A DNA stretch of 64,000 nucleotides, taken from positions 4,768,001-4,832,000 of the forward strand of contig OY969763.1 in assembly GCA_963702845.1 (NCBI GenBank). The letters are read 5' to 3'. Below are positions 21,904-33,452 of the stretch, piece after piece. Below the pieces are notes generated by a model, which was not told where the DNA came from, made no database searches, and saw nothing but the letters and a program-made list of their open reading frames with translations. This DNA is from an uncultured Verrucomicrobiae bacterium. Its GTDB lineage: Bacteria; Verrucomicrobiota; Verrucomicrobiia; Limisphaerales; Palsa-1400. A program made the translations under genes and the position numbers. Each line of letters opens with the position of its first letter. Positions within the stretch are counted from its first letter, which is position 1.

Positions 21904-24850
21904 ATGCAACTAAGGACAATTCTTTGCGCACTGGCGGTGTGCATTTCATTCACGGTCTTTGCAGACAACGTCACACTGATCGACCTGAAACCATTCGTCG
22001 GCCGCTCCCCTTTCGACATCATCAAAGCGAATTGGTTGTTACCGCGCGGCAATCACGTATTCGACGGCGTGCCATGGAAAATTGACGGTATGATTTTACT
22101 CTACGGGACCAACCCGGTGCAGAAAAGCAAACCAGCGCGCACAAACATCAACGACATCCCAGTCGGTCGAAAGTTCGAAGTGCTACATTTGCTCGCCGCC
22201 GCCCAGCAGACATCGACTGACGGGACTGTTATTGCTAAAGTCCACCTCAACTACGCCGACGGCACCGAGACGACCCTCGACATCCGCTACGGAAATCAGG
22301 TGCTCAATTACATCGGCCCGTGGCACAGAGCCGAGAAGCCCCTGAAAGACAAAACGGTTCACCAGGCATGGCACGCGCAATTCGGCCCATCAGCAAATCA
22401 CGACGAGTATTTGCGATTGTTCCATGTGCCGCTGATCAATCCACACCCCGACAAAGACGTTCGCGCCATTTCGTTGCAATCGACAAAAAAAGCCGCGGCG
22501 CTGATCGTTGCAGCAATCAGCGTCGGTTCATCGAATCAACAATCACTACCCAACGAAGACCTGGGCAAAGCGCCCTTTCCGGATTTGCGTCCGCGTTCTG
22601 GTGAATTAGCTACCGGGGAAGGTTTTGTTTATACGCCAGATGGAAAACCAATTAGCGGCGCGCTAGCGAAAGTTGTTGCGGCGCGGAATTACAGCAGCGG
22701 AACACTAACGGAAAATGAAAACGACGCAGAAACGACAACCGACAGCAATGGACATTTTACACTGCACAATTTGCCAGACGACAATGCGTATCGGGTGTTA
22801 ATCGCAGCGGCCGGTTTTCAACCTTACGTGTACCACGGGATCGATGCCAAATCAGATCCGGTTCAAGTGCGACTGGAGAACGCTACCAACCACATCGGAA
22901 CGTTTGCCGCGCGCGCGCGCATCGTTGACCTCAACGGAAAACCCATTCCTCATGCCATGGTAGAACGTGACGGCGTTGGCTATGGCACCGGCAGCACGAG
23001 TTGGGGAGAACAAGACGTTCCTGAGTACGTCCGTGGCAGACACGAATGGGGAATTCGTTTTATCGCGCGACAAGGCGTTCAACCGTGTGCAGGTGAAAAT
23101 CCGCGTTCCAGGGCTTGCGCCGTTGCACGATTGGATTTCAGTAACGAACAAGGCCACAGTGCTGGAGATGGGCGCAGGCGCGACCCTTCGTGGACGAGTC
23201 TTTGATTTCGATGGCAAACCTCTCGGCAACGTTAAGCTCGGAATCACCGGGGTCGATCGAAACTCGGAACTCTTCGCCGGCTCTTATAACACCATGGCCG
23301 ATGCAGACGGCACCTTTGAATTCAAGCACGTCATGCCCCGAATCTCATGGAATTTATACGGCACCGTCACTTCGTTCAAAAAATACGGCGCTCTGCCCGC
23401 GCGGAAAATTATGTCCGGCGCGCACGGCACCGTGAGCGAATTGGGCAACTTGCAGGTCGTCACAGCGTTGCGTCTGGCTGGTCAGGTCAAAACCAGGAGC
23501 GGCGGATCACTCCCAAAAAATCTTACGCTACGTCTCGGCATCGCCAGCGAAGCCGACGGCGAAACTGCCACAGTCGACAAAAATGGGAATTTCGATTTCC
23601 CCGGTCTGTATGCCGCCTCCCTTGACATTTATCTCAACAACGACGGTTGGAAATTGTCTGGAATCAATCGCAGTTTGTCTTTTTGGAACCCCTGGGAGCT
23701 CGTCGGAAAGCTGGAGAAAACTAAAACCGATATGGTGATCAAGATCGAGAAAGGCAGCCGCGATTACGAATATGATAACGACAACGGGAACATGCCCGAC
23801 ACGGATAATCCGTCGAACAGGGAGATTGGTGGTGTGGAAAATCTCGAAGCTAGCGCGATCATCCTCGCTGGTTCCGTGATTGACGAAAAAACAGGCACGC
23901 CGCTCGCCAATTGCAAGATTGTGCCCGGATACAAACCATCCGCTGCAGCCTGGGGGATGGCAGGCACGAGCGCCCCGGAAAAGAACGTCTTCCAAAAGCT
24001 GTTGGAGCCGCTGAAAAAAAAGCAGGATAACTGGTGGGAAAAACCGTATTGGATGCCAGCACGCGCCGAGCACCTCACAAACGGAACCTTTTCGATCCCT
24101 TTCGTTCCGTTGCAAAGCAAGCCCATGTTGCGAGTCGAGGCCGATGGATACGAACCGTTCATTTCAGAACCGGCCCCAACTAGCACGAATATAACCATCC
24201 GGATGAGTCGTGGCCATGGTCCGACCGGAACCGTACTATTGCCCGACGGCAAGCCGGCCACGAAGGCGCAAGTGCTCTATGCCGCCGGATCCGAACAATT
24301 TGGATTGTCCGGTCGGAAATTAGATTTATACGGTTCTCACACGAACGCGTTGGTCCGAACAGCGGCTGATGGAACGTTCACATTCATGGCCCGCGCCAAC
24401 GGCAACCGCTTGTATTTTTCACACCCAACAGGATACGCAGAACAACCTGTGCGCGAAAAAAACCAAAAAGTCGAAGTGCAATTAAAACCTTGGGCGGCAC
24501 TGTCCGGCACGCTCATACAGAGCAACGGTCTGGCCGCCACCGGTGTCCCGTTAGGCCTCACTTTCTACAATGGGACCGACTACGATGGCTCACAACCACT
24601 GCTCCATTACAACGACGGCGAGTGCACCACCGATAGCAAAGGCCACTTCTTTTTCACGAATGTTCCGCCTCGTCGCGTGCAGATTGAACGCATCGTCCGA
24701 AGTGGACGAGGCGGAGGATGGAGTTCGGTGCTGCAAACGTGGACGGAAGTTGAACCCGGCGTGACGAATGACTTGGGCAAAATTACCTACGACCAACCGC
24801 CGGCCAAACCGGTCTTGGAGCAGTTAAAGGAGAAGATGGGGCTGCAGTAA
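21904..24850 (+). CDS. Large secreted protein with repeated carboxypeptidase-regulatory-like beta-sandwich domains, apparent frameshift near 23029
   Basis: Signal peptide; repeated G-V-D-DGKP and TD-NG-F motifs in ORFs 21904..23205 and 22967..24850, which join across one extra base. Confidence 0.75.
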
Positions 24851-24892
24851 ATTCAAAACAACGACACGTAACACCTGCGAACCGAACGCGTT

Positions 24893-27800
24893 TTATTTTA
24901 ACTTCTGCCCAACTTCTTCCACCCAAACCGTAGGCGGCAACGCATACGGGCGGAACGTCTCGAGTTGCCCCTCTTGCTCGTTATAGAACAACGCGCGGTG
25001 CAAGCCGAGGCTGCCCGCTTTCGGATTATCAATTAGGCTCGCCGAATCACTGGCGCTCATCTGGAACAGCACGCGCATTTCAAATTCCGTCAGGGCTTTG
25101 CGGCTGAGGAACCGGTTCACGTTGTTGTAAGTGTCGCAAGTGACGATCACGTGAATGCCCACGCTCGGACCCTCGTTGATTAATTGATTGAGCAGCGCCG
25201 ACGGTGCCGCAGCTGTTTCCGCGCTGCTCGAAAAGGAAAAATCTTCTTCGTAACGCAATTTGCCGAACCGCTGAACGTCGCGGATGAAGATAAACATCGA
25301 AGGCGCATCGGCGGGATTTGGAGACTCCGCGCGACTACGCATTTCAGCGACAACCTTCGCGAACGTTTCACCAATGTCGTGCGGCGTCAATCGAGTCACC
25401 TCATGCGGAATCGCCGCAACCACGCGATTGACCAGGTCCGCCTGATTCGAATCCGGCGGCGAACTGTCGAGAACCATAAACCGCACCGCATCTTTCGGAA
25501 ACTGCGCCGCCAATGAAATCATTCCAGTCGTGACGATGCTCAGCACCGCCTCTTCGCGTTGGCCCACGATCAATAAATTGTTGCCGCTTTGCCGGCGGAA
25601 CACCGCTTCCGTCGGGCCTTTGATCGAGTTTGGCGCACCCAGCCACATGTGGGCGAGGTCCGGTTTCTTAGTGGGTGGCGATTGCAGCAGTTGAGCAAAC
25701 GCGACATTGTCGCGGACGTCCGCCGGGGCGTCGCCTTCGTAAACAAGCGGCGCAGGAAACCGTTTACCGCTTTGTGCCGCTTGCTTGTCGCACGCGTTCC
25801 AGATAAGTGTCGCGTTCCTCATCCGAAAGCCACACCGCCTGAAACGGACTGTTCGCTTCGAGCGCGCCGGCGCTGTCGTTATAAATACCTTCGCCGGGTC
25901 GCGTCAGCATGCGCGGCGCGGGATTGCTATCATCCATGATCAGGTAGGCATCGGCTTCGTTACATTGCAGCGCGATGCGAATGACCATCTGCCCAAGCGT
26001 CGTGCGCGCGACCGTGTAAGCGCCGCCCAACGTCTGCGAACCAAGGATGACGTGAATACCGAACGCGCGACCCTGCCGGACAATGCGGTCCAACAACACG
26101 GAAGCACTTTGGAAAATCTTATCGTCCTCAGTGAAAAATTCCTGGAATTCGTCGATCAGCAGCAAGGTCCGCGGCATCGGTTGTCCGGTTGCTTTACGAT
26201 AACCCGGAAGGTCCTGAACGTTATGTTCGCGGAACAATTCACCACGCCGCTTCAATTCCGCGTCGAGTCGCTGGAGCACGCTCAAACCAAATTCGCGATC
26301 GCTTTCAATCGCGACAACACGCGCGTGCGGCAATTGGTGCGTGGCGTAACTCTTAAATTCCACACCCTTCTTGAAATCGATCAAATAAAATTCAACCTGC
26401 TCCGGACTGCACCACAAAGCCAGGTTCGTGATCATCACGTGGAACAGCGTCGATTTGCCCGAACCGGTTTTACCCGCGATCAGCGCATGTTGCCGCGTGC
26501 CTTTGCCAATCGCCAGATACTGGAACTTCGTTGCGCCGGTGCGACCAATCGGCACTCGCAATTCGTTGCCCGTGTCGAGCGACCACAGTTCTCCGTCATG
26601 CGGCGCGACGTGCTCGAATGGAACTTCAACGCGGTTCGAATCACGACTGCTTCGCCCGACTTTGTGAATCAATTCAGTCGCCAGTTCCGCAGTCGGCGGC
26701 TCGTCCAATGTAACATTCACACCCGGCAACGATTCTCCTTCGATCAGGTAATTCGTCAGCGTTTCGCGCGGCACAGGTTTGCTGACGATATGCGCCCCGC
26801 TCTTGCGCAAATCCTCCGCCACCGCCGGGTCCAGACGCTGCCGCGTGTCCCAATGAATCAACGTATACACCCCACAACGCGCTCCGCTCGTCGCGATGCT
26901 CATCAGCCGTCGAATCGCGACCTCGCTGAAGTTGTGTGGAAAATCGGCCACGACCAAGAAATGATATTTCTCAGCGATGTTGCCCGCCTGCTCGTTATAT
27001 TCGACGATCGTGCTGTATTCATTGCGCAAATACATCTGGATGACTTTTTCCATGTGCGCGTTGAGTTCGCCCAGCTTTTGATCAATTTGCTCCGCTTGCG
27101 TCCATATCCGGCTGTTGATGAGATGCTCCTCGTGATCGGCGAGGTGCATGAAGCTGGCAAAATTTTGTCCAAGTTCAACAGGATCGATAATAGTGAAACT
27201 CAAACGTCCCGGCGGCGCCGCCGCGAGCAGGCGCAATACGATGTTGTTCAATGAACCAATCATCTGCTCGCGCCCGACGTCGCCTTCAAATAAAATCGAG
27301 CCTTGTTCCGGATACTGTCAGCAATAGCGGGACCTGAAGTTGCGACGGCCCGGGCAACTGCAACTTGCGAGTCCTTCCTGCGGGTCGCGACCAGCTTATC
27401 GACATCGACGTCCATCGAACCAAACCGCGCCACATGCTCGAATTTCGCCGGGGCAGTCCAACCCTCCACCAAATCACGACTCCACGGCGGAAACATTTTC
27501 TGAGACAACGCCGCGCTCTCCTTCAACTCGCGATAAATCGGCTCCAGCCGATTGTTCCATTCCGCGGTAATCGCGCGCATTTCATTTTCAAACGCCGCGT
27601 TATGTTTTGATTCCTGCTGCTGATAACGGTCCGTCGCCTCTTTTTTGCGCGATTCAATTTCAGCGTTGATGCGGCCCAACTCTTCATTCCGTTCGCGGGC
27701 AATCCGTTCCAGCCGCGCCTTATGCATCGCCTCGTGCCGCGCCACAACGCGCTTCCCTTTCTCTTCCACCAGAGGCTCGGAATCTATCTTATATTGCTGC

Positions 27801-28780
27801 GCTCCGTTCAGCGTCTCGCTCCACTCCTGTTGAATCCGTTCCGTTGTCGCCTGAAAATCCGATTCAATCTGCGCCAATGTCCGAACGCGCCGCGTGTCGG
27901 CCTTCTCCAAACAAATTGCGTGAAGATTACGCGCTTTGCCGAGCGCATCAGAAATTTCCTTCGCCAGCGCTCGCCCTTGCCGCGCCCCAATCTGGTGAAA
28001 TGTCCCGGCCAATACAACCAGCGCACCCGCAATTGCCGCCTGCGACCCCAGTCGTCACGGTCTGAACGCTGAGCTGGTGCAAAATCGGAACCATCGCAAA
28101 AAGCCCAGCCGCAATAATCACCCACGCGACAAAATATTTGAAAACTTTCGTGATGAGCAACCGATTGAAACGCGCAATGTTTTCATCTGCCTTCGAACGC
28201 AACTTTTGCAACTCAGTTAGTAAATCGTGTTCGTTCCCCTCGCGCTGCAAACGGCGTCGCCTGCGCCTTCGTCAACATGCGGGAAAATCTCCGGATACCC
28301 GCTGAACGAATCCTTCGCCGCAGCTTCAGACCGAAATAATGCCTCGTTCTCTTCAGCCAAATGCCGTTTGAAATCTTCACACGCGCGCTCTGTCGCGGCG
28401 ATGTCCGTTTCGCGTTTGCGTTGCGACTGCAGCGTCTCGCGTTGCAGTTTATATTTACGCGACCCCTCAATGTGTTCGATGCGTTCGATCGCCTGTTTCT
28501 TCGCGACCTTATGCGCCTTCGCAATAACGCCGCGCCGCTTCTCGTGCCGAGACTGTTCGTTTACGCCCAGCTTCTTGAACGCAACCTCTGCTTCATCCCT
28601 GCGGGCTGCCAACGTCAACGCCAACTCCTCCAAAGCCGCATCGCGATGCTTCTGATCACGCGTCAGCTTCACCTTCAATTCCTGGCCGGCCTTCTCTTCG
28701 CGCGCGGAAAGATCCGCGATGGCGCTGCGAAGTGCCTGCACCAGGTCGCGAACTTTGGAAACTCCGAGCGCGTTACTCAC
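24893..28780 (-). CDS. EccC/EssC-like multi-domain FtsK/SpoIIIE ATPase (about 1300 aa), split by several apparent frameshifts
   Basis: Coiled-coil and TM N-terminus; degenerate ATPase (FTIIDP...GARCGVY); intact ATPase (AGKTGSGKS, LIDFKKGVEF, LLIDEFQ, RQGRAFGIH); degenerate ATPase (NLLIVGQ...EGPSVGIH); pieces 28217..28780, 27948..28250, 27260..28012, 25764..27263, 24893..25822. Confidence 0.85.
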
Positions 28781-28985
28781 AATCTTTTTTTATTTTCGCG
28801 ATTATCTTGTCGAGTTGATCGATCACACCCGACGCGGCATTCACACTCGCGTTCAATTCTTCCATATAAAGCCGCTCGAACTCGATCGCTTTGTTATCGC
28901 GCCAATACTGCTGCGTTTCACGCCAACGATTGAACAGTTCCTGCGTCACCGAGGTCAACCGGGTTTTGTTCGCCGCAAGACTCAT
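28773..28985 (-). CDS. WXG100-like small helical protein
   Basis: 70 aa helix-turn-helix hairpin with central YWRDNKAIEF; overlaps both neighbours. Confidence 0.75.
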   Translation of the reverse strand: MSLAANKTRLTSVTQELFNRWRETQQYWRDNKAIEFERLYMEELNASVNAASGVIDQLDKIIAKIKKDCE

Positions 28986-29548
28986 GAAGCCTCCTTCTCG
29001 TCTGTCGTTCCGGCTTCAGCAGGCGTCTCGGTCGGCTCGGCAACCGTCGTCGCAGCTCGACCAGCACTTGGCACCGTCACATTCGCGTAAGCTTCCAATG
29101 CCCGAATCGATTGCGCCAGATGCGCATGCGCCTTCGGCAATCCACTTGAAAGGAACGATTGCAAACGCTCGAGCTGCTTGGCCAGCGGCGACACTCGACT
29201 CTCAAAATCGCTGATCCATTTCTTCACGTGCGCCAGTTTCATTTCTGCGTCGGCCAGGTCCCGCTGCGCCTTCGTCACCGCCGTCCGCTCCCCCGACGTC
29301 GATTCGCGCAAGCGCGACATCTCCGCGCTGAACACCGCCTGTTTGGCCTCCTCCAACTTCAACGCGCATCGGCGCACCTGCTTTTCCCAATACATCCGCC
29401 GATCGCTCTCCAGCCACACCCGCAGGCGCACGACCTCCGAATTAATTTCATCCAACGTCGGCCGCGCCTTGTTCAAGTACAACACCAACGCCGCGCGAAA
29501 TGCGTCCAGCGCCTCGATTGACGTAATGTTTGCGCCTTGTTGGGCCAT
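28982..29548 (-). CDS. Coiled-coil protein of the WXG100/FtsK locus
   Basis: 188 aa, amphipathic helices, WLESDRRMYW; ATGA overlap with the next gene. Confidence 0.8.
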   Translation of the reverse strand: MAQQGANITSIEALDAFRAALVLYLNKARPTLDEINSEVVRLRVWLESDRRMYWEKQVRRCALKLEEAKQAVFSAEMSRLRESTSGERTAVTKAQRDLADAEMKLAHVKKWISDFESRVSPLAKQLERLQSFLSSGLPKAHAHLAQSIRALEAYANVTVPSAGRAATTVAEPTETPAEAGTTDEKEAS

Positions 29549-29549
29549 C

Positions 29550-29822
29550 TCAGTGCTGCTTCAAATATTCCTCAATCCGCTGCGCCTTGCGCAGCAGATA
29601 AGGCCCGTGCTGGTTCGAAAGCTCCATGAAATTGTTCAGCGTTTTTATCGTTTGCTTGAACTCCTCCGCGAATTTCACGTGCTCCTGATCCTGCCACGTG
29701 TCGCTTAACTGCGCAAAGCGCGCCTGAAGTGCCGACATTCGCGTTTGCAGGTCGGCATTGAATCGCTTGAGCTCTTCGGCAAATCGCCGCACTTGTTCGG
29801 GATCCATGATCGCCTGGGCCAT
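29550..29822 (-). CDS. WXG100/ESAT-6-family protein
   Basis: 90 aa; DPEQVRRFAEEL N-terminus, central TWQDQEHVKF, no signal peptide. Confidence 0.88.
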   Translation of the reverse strand: MAQAIMDPEQVRRFAEELKRFNADLQTRMSALQARFAQLSDTWQDQEHVKFAEEFKQTIKTLNNFMELSNQHGPYLLRKAQRIEEYLKQH

Positions 29823-30033
29823 AAAAACTTCTTTCTCTTTTTCGTTTTGTAGTTCCGGCTGGGCCGGCGGTTTCGACATGCTCCCGCGCGCCAACGCCGC
29901 CCATTGGATATCAGCTACTAACCTCTACCTCACTAACTTTAGTGTACCAGCCTTTCCACTACACGACGAACAATTTTGTTGCGATGCCGCGCTCGGGTTT
30001 CGAAAACGTTCCCACGCGCTACCTTGGCAACGT

Positions 30034-30309
30034 ATGAAGAAATTACTATTGATTGTGGGTGCAGCGGCTTTAGCGGCTTGCACGAATCAAGGGAATAATT
30101 GCGGAACAACAATGAACGAACCGGCAGGCGCCGCCATCGGCACTAGCTCAATGTCCATGTCGGCTCGCGATATGAATCAACAACCTTATCCGGGCGCGAG
30201 CGGTCTGAATCAACAACGCGGCACCGGCTCCGCGAGCAACAGCGGCTTGCAGGGAGGCAGTATCAGCCCCATCGGCATCTCCACTGGCCCCGGCAGCCTA
30301 AATCCGTAA
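30034..30309 (+). CDS. Small lipoprotein
   Basis: MKKLLLIVGAAALAAC lipobox; low-complexity G/S-rich mature part. Confidence 0.7.
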   Translation: MKKLLLIVGAAALAACTNQGNNCGTTMNEPAGAAIGTSSMSMSARDMNQQPYPGASGLNQQRGTGSASNSGLQGGSISPIGISTGPGSLNP

Positions 30310-30442
30310 TCTTCAGTTAACCACCTACCGTCATGCGAGTTGGCTTCGCATAAAGGGGGCAATTCGCTTTTTTGCGAATCGCCCGTCAGCAGCATTGACC
30401 TTTCAATCAATGAGTTGCATGTGTTTCCACAAATTCCAAGGT

Positions 30443-30458
30443 TGGCGAGGGATTTGCT
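30443..30458 (+). promoter_or_regulatory. Putative sigma-54 (-24/-12) promoter
   Basis: TGGCGAGGGATTTGCT matches TGGC-N8-TTGCW with GG-N10-GC spacing; 55 nt upstream of a pilin-like gene. Confidence 0.6.
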
Positions 30459-30512
30459 ATAAATGCATGTATCAGTCCTGCAAAAGAGCGTCTTTTGCAT
30501 CTCTGGTTAAAC

Positions 30513-30890
30513 GTGAATCTACTATCAAAAAAGACTACTCGGTTCGCTGGCTTTACGCTGGTGGAAATCATGATTGTCGTCGCCATCATCGGATTGCTCG
30601 CCGCCATCGCTGTCCCCGGTTTCTTGGGCGCGCGCGCTCGTGCCCAGGAGAGTACCTGTCTTGACCACCTGCGCCTGATCGACGGTGCCAAACAGCAATG
30701 GGCACTCGAAAACCATGCTGATTCCACTATGACCCCGACTGGCCCGCAACTTCGGCCTTATCTTGGCCGTGCGTCTGGTGTTTTGCCTATTTGCCCTGCC
30801 GATCCGGCTCAAACGTTTGCGACGAGCTATAACATCAACGACATGTCGACTACTCCGACTTGCCAGGTTCTGCCCACGCACTTGCCGTAA
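30513..30890 (+). CDS. Type IV pilin / pseudopilin-like protein
   Basis: GFTLVEIMIVVAIIGLLAAIAVP, C...IDGAKQQWALE, CP...C. Confidence 0.9.
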   Translation: MNLLSKKTTRFAGFTLVEIMIVVAIIGLLAAIAVPGFLGARARAQESTCLDHLRLIDGAKQQWALENHADSTMTPTGPQLRPYLGRASGVLPICPADPAQTFATSYNINDMSTTPTCQVLPTHLP

Positions 30891-30976
30891 GTTTTTTCTT
30901 GGACCGGGCATTCGTCTCAACCCAGCGCAGATCCATCTGTAGAATTACTCCCTGTCCTCCTTCGTTTTATACTAAT

Positions 30977-31369
30977 TCAAGCCGCATCGCCTGACATCAG
31001 CTCACCAATGGCGCTGTGCAATATTGAGGGTGAGTAGGGCTTCGGCAAAAACCGATTTACTTTCGTAGGGTCGTTGAAGATTGAGTTTGGCTCGACCGTT
31101 CCGCTGACCATGATCGTTTTCAGATTTGGCTGCAGGCGTCGACATTCACGAATCAACTCCAGCCCATTCATCTGCGGCATATCAAAATCCGTCATCAAAA
31201 TATCGGGAATTGGTGCGCCCAGTTCAATCGCGGCGATCACATCAAGTGGATTATTAAACCCGCGCACAGCATAGCCGGCGGCCTCAAGACCGAGCTTGGC
31301 GAGGTCGACCAACGCGGGTTTGTCGTCGACCACGTATACTAAGCATTTTGTCCCGGGCGTCTGTCCCAT
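30977..31369 (-). CDS. Single-domain response regulator
   Basis: VYVVDD, TDFDMPQMNG, VSG, LPKP. Confidence 0.88.
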   Translation of the reverse strand: MGQTPGTKCLVYVVDDKPALVDLAKLGLEAAGYAVRGFNNPLDVIAAIELGAPIPDILMTDFDMPQMNGLELIRECRRLQPNLKTIMVSGTVEPNSIFNDPTKVNRFLPKPYSPSILHSAIGELMSGDAA

Positions 31370-31678
31370 CGGGCCGATTAAACCCCGACTGTCAATTATA
31401 ATCAACAATTCAATTCGAACTCTTTTTGACCCCAGGTTCAGCACAAAAAGTCGGCGACGGTCGGAAAAAAACACTTTTTATCTGACGTGATAAAAAAAGC
31501 GAAAAACAACCCATCCGCCCCCATCCATTTTCAGTTACCACCCTTATTTTACGGCCCTTTTGCACGTTTTTCATGCACCTCAACAAAGCCATCGGCATTA
31601 CAATTTCACCCATCCCGAGACATCTCGTGCCAAGAATTACTTTTCAACCACTCGAAAGTGGGGTTAATTTCTTTTCCA

Positions 31679-33452
31679 ATGACAGACTTGGGAGAACGCG
31701 TCCTGAAAGGCATCCCTGTCTCTGCCGGGGTGTGCCACGGGAAGGTCTTTGTCTTGAGGAAAACCGAACTCGCCATTCCCCAGACGCCTATTCCCGAATC
31801 CGACATCCCCCACCAGATCCATCGCTTTGAGCAGGCGTTAGTGGCAACGCGACAGGAAATTCTCGACGTCCAAAAACAGGTCAACACCGCCCTCGGAGCC
31901 AAAGACGCCAGTATTTTCGAAGCCCACCTCCTGGTCCTCGAAGACCCGACACTAATCGAATCGGTCACTAATTTAATCCAGCAAAAGAAGATCGCAGCAG
32001 AGTCGGCCTTTCACCAATTTGCAGAAAAATATACGGCCACTCTGGCCGCTATCGATGACGATTACTTGCGCGAACGCGCCGCAGATATGCGCGACGTCAC
32101 CGCGCGGGTGCTGAACAATTTACTAGGCCATCCCCAACAGGAACTGCGCAGCTTGACCGAACAGTGCATCGTTATAGCCGAAGATATTCCGCCGTCGCTC
32201 GTCGCGACGCTCGATAAAACGAAGGTCATTGGTTTCGCGACAGACGTTGGCAGCAAAACCTCCCACACCGCCATCATGGCCCGGTCGTTGCAAATTCCGG
32301 CCGTTGTCGGTTTGCAGGATGCGAGTGCCAAAGTCGAGAACGGCGTCCACGTCCTCGTCGATGGTTACAACGGCGTCCTCATCATCAATCCGACCGATCA
32401 GACGTTGTTCGAGTACGGCCAACTGGTCCGACGACACGTCACGATGGAGGAGAAGCTCAAGGACATCCAGGGGCTTCCAGCCGTCACGCTTGACGGCGCC
32501 AAAGTGACGTTGGCGGCAAACATCGAACAGACCAGCGATGTTGATGCTGTAAAATTTTATGGAGCCGAAGGCGTCGGCCTGTTCCGTACCGAATACCTCT
32601 TCATCAATCGCGACACTTTGCCAACTGAAGAGGAACAATACGTAGCCTATCGCAAGGTCGCCGCGGAGTTGAAGCCCGCTCCGGTCATCATCCGCACGTT
32701 GGACCTCGGCGGAGACAAATTTTTGTCACACCTCGCCTTGCCCCAGGAAATGAATCCGTTCTTGGGCTGGCGCGCCATCCGGTTTTGCCTTGAGGAGAAG
32801 GATATATTCCGCGCCCAACTCCGCGCCATTCTCCGCGCCAGTGCAGAAGGGAACATCAAGATGATGTACCCGATGATCACCTGCGTGGATGAGGTGCTAA
32901 AGGCCAATGAATATGTCGAGGAGTTCAAAGCCGAACTTCGCGCCGAAGGTAAACCGTTCGATGAAAAGTTGGAAGTCGGCATCATGGTCGAGATTCCATC
33001 AGCGGCTTTGGCCGCAGGTATTCTTGGCCAAGCACGTCAGCTTTTTCAGCATCGGCACCAACGATCTGATTCAGTATTCGTTGGCCGTCGATCGTTTGAA
33101 CGAAAAGATTGCGCACCTGTACGAACCGACCCATCCAGCTATTTTGCGATTGATCAAAATGACGGCCGATGCCGCTAAGAAACAAGGCATCTGGTGCGGC
33201 ATTTGTGGCGAGATGGCGGGTGATCCGATGCTGACGCCGTTGCTCTTGGGTCTGGGTGTCGATGAATTAAGCGCGGCTCCGCCTCTCTTACCCTGGGTGA
33301 AACTCCTAATCCGCCGTCTGAAAATGTCCGATGCAAAGGAACTGGCAGAGTTCGCCTTGAATTGTGACTCAGGTCGGGAAATCTTAGAGCGGTCGCAAGC
33401 GCTCGCGCAATCGGTTGCTCCGGGTTTGTTCGACCATTCCTTAAAAGTATGA
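31679..33452 (+). CDS. ptsI: PEP-protein phosphotransferase (PTS enzyme I), apparent frameshift near 33026
   Basis: TSHTAIMAR (phospho-His), GVGLFRTE, NPFLGWRAIR, GIMVEIP; continues as FFSIGTNDL...CGEMAG in the next frame. Confidence 0.93.

Noticed and set aside
25785..27254. 489-aa plus-strand ORF
   Set aside because: Antisense shadow of the FtsK ATPase; no recognisable motifs
24893..28780. Cell-division FtsK, or five separate genes
   Set aside because: No gamma domain, three tandem ATPase-like domains and WXG100 neighbours; the pieces join by small indels
29878..29896. Sigma-54 promoter for the WXG100 operon
   Set aside because: Minus-strand TTGGCGCGCGGGAGCA has GG-N9-GC spacing, not N10
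33010..33040. Programmed frameshift in ptsI (and in the other broken genes)
   Set aside because: No slippery site or SD cassette; only prfB has one. Sequencing error is more parsimonious
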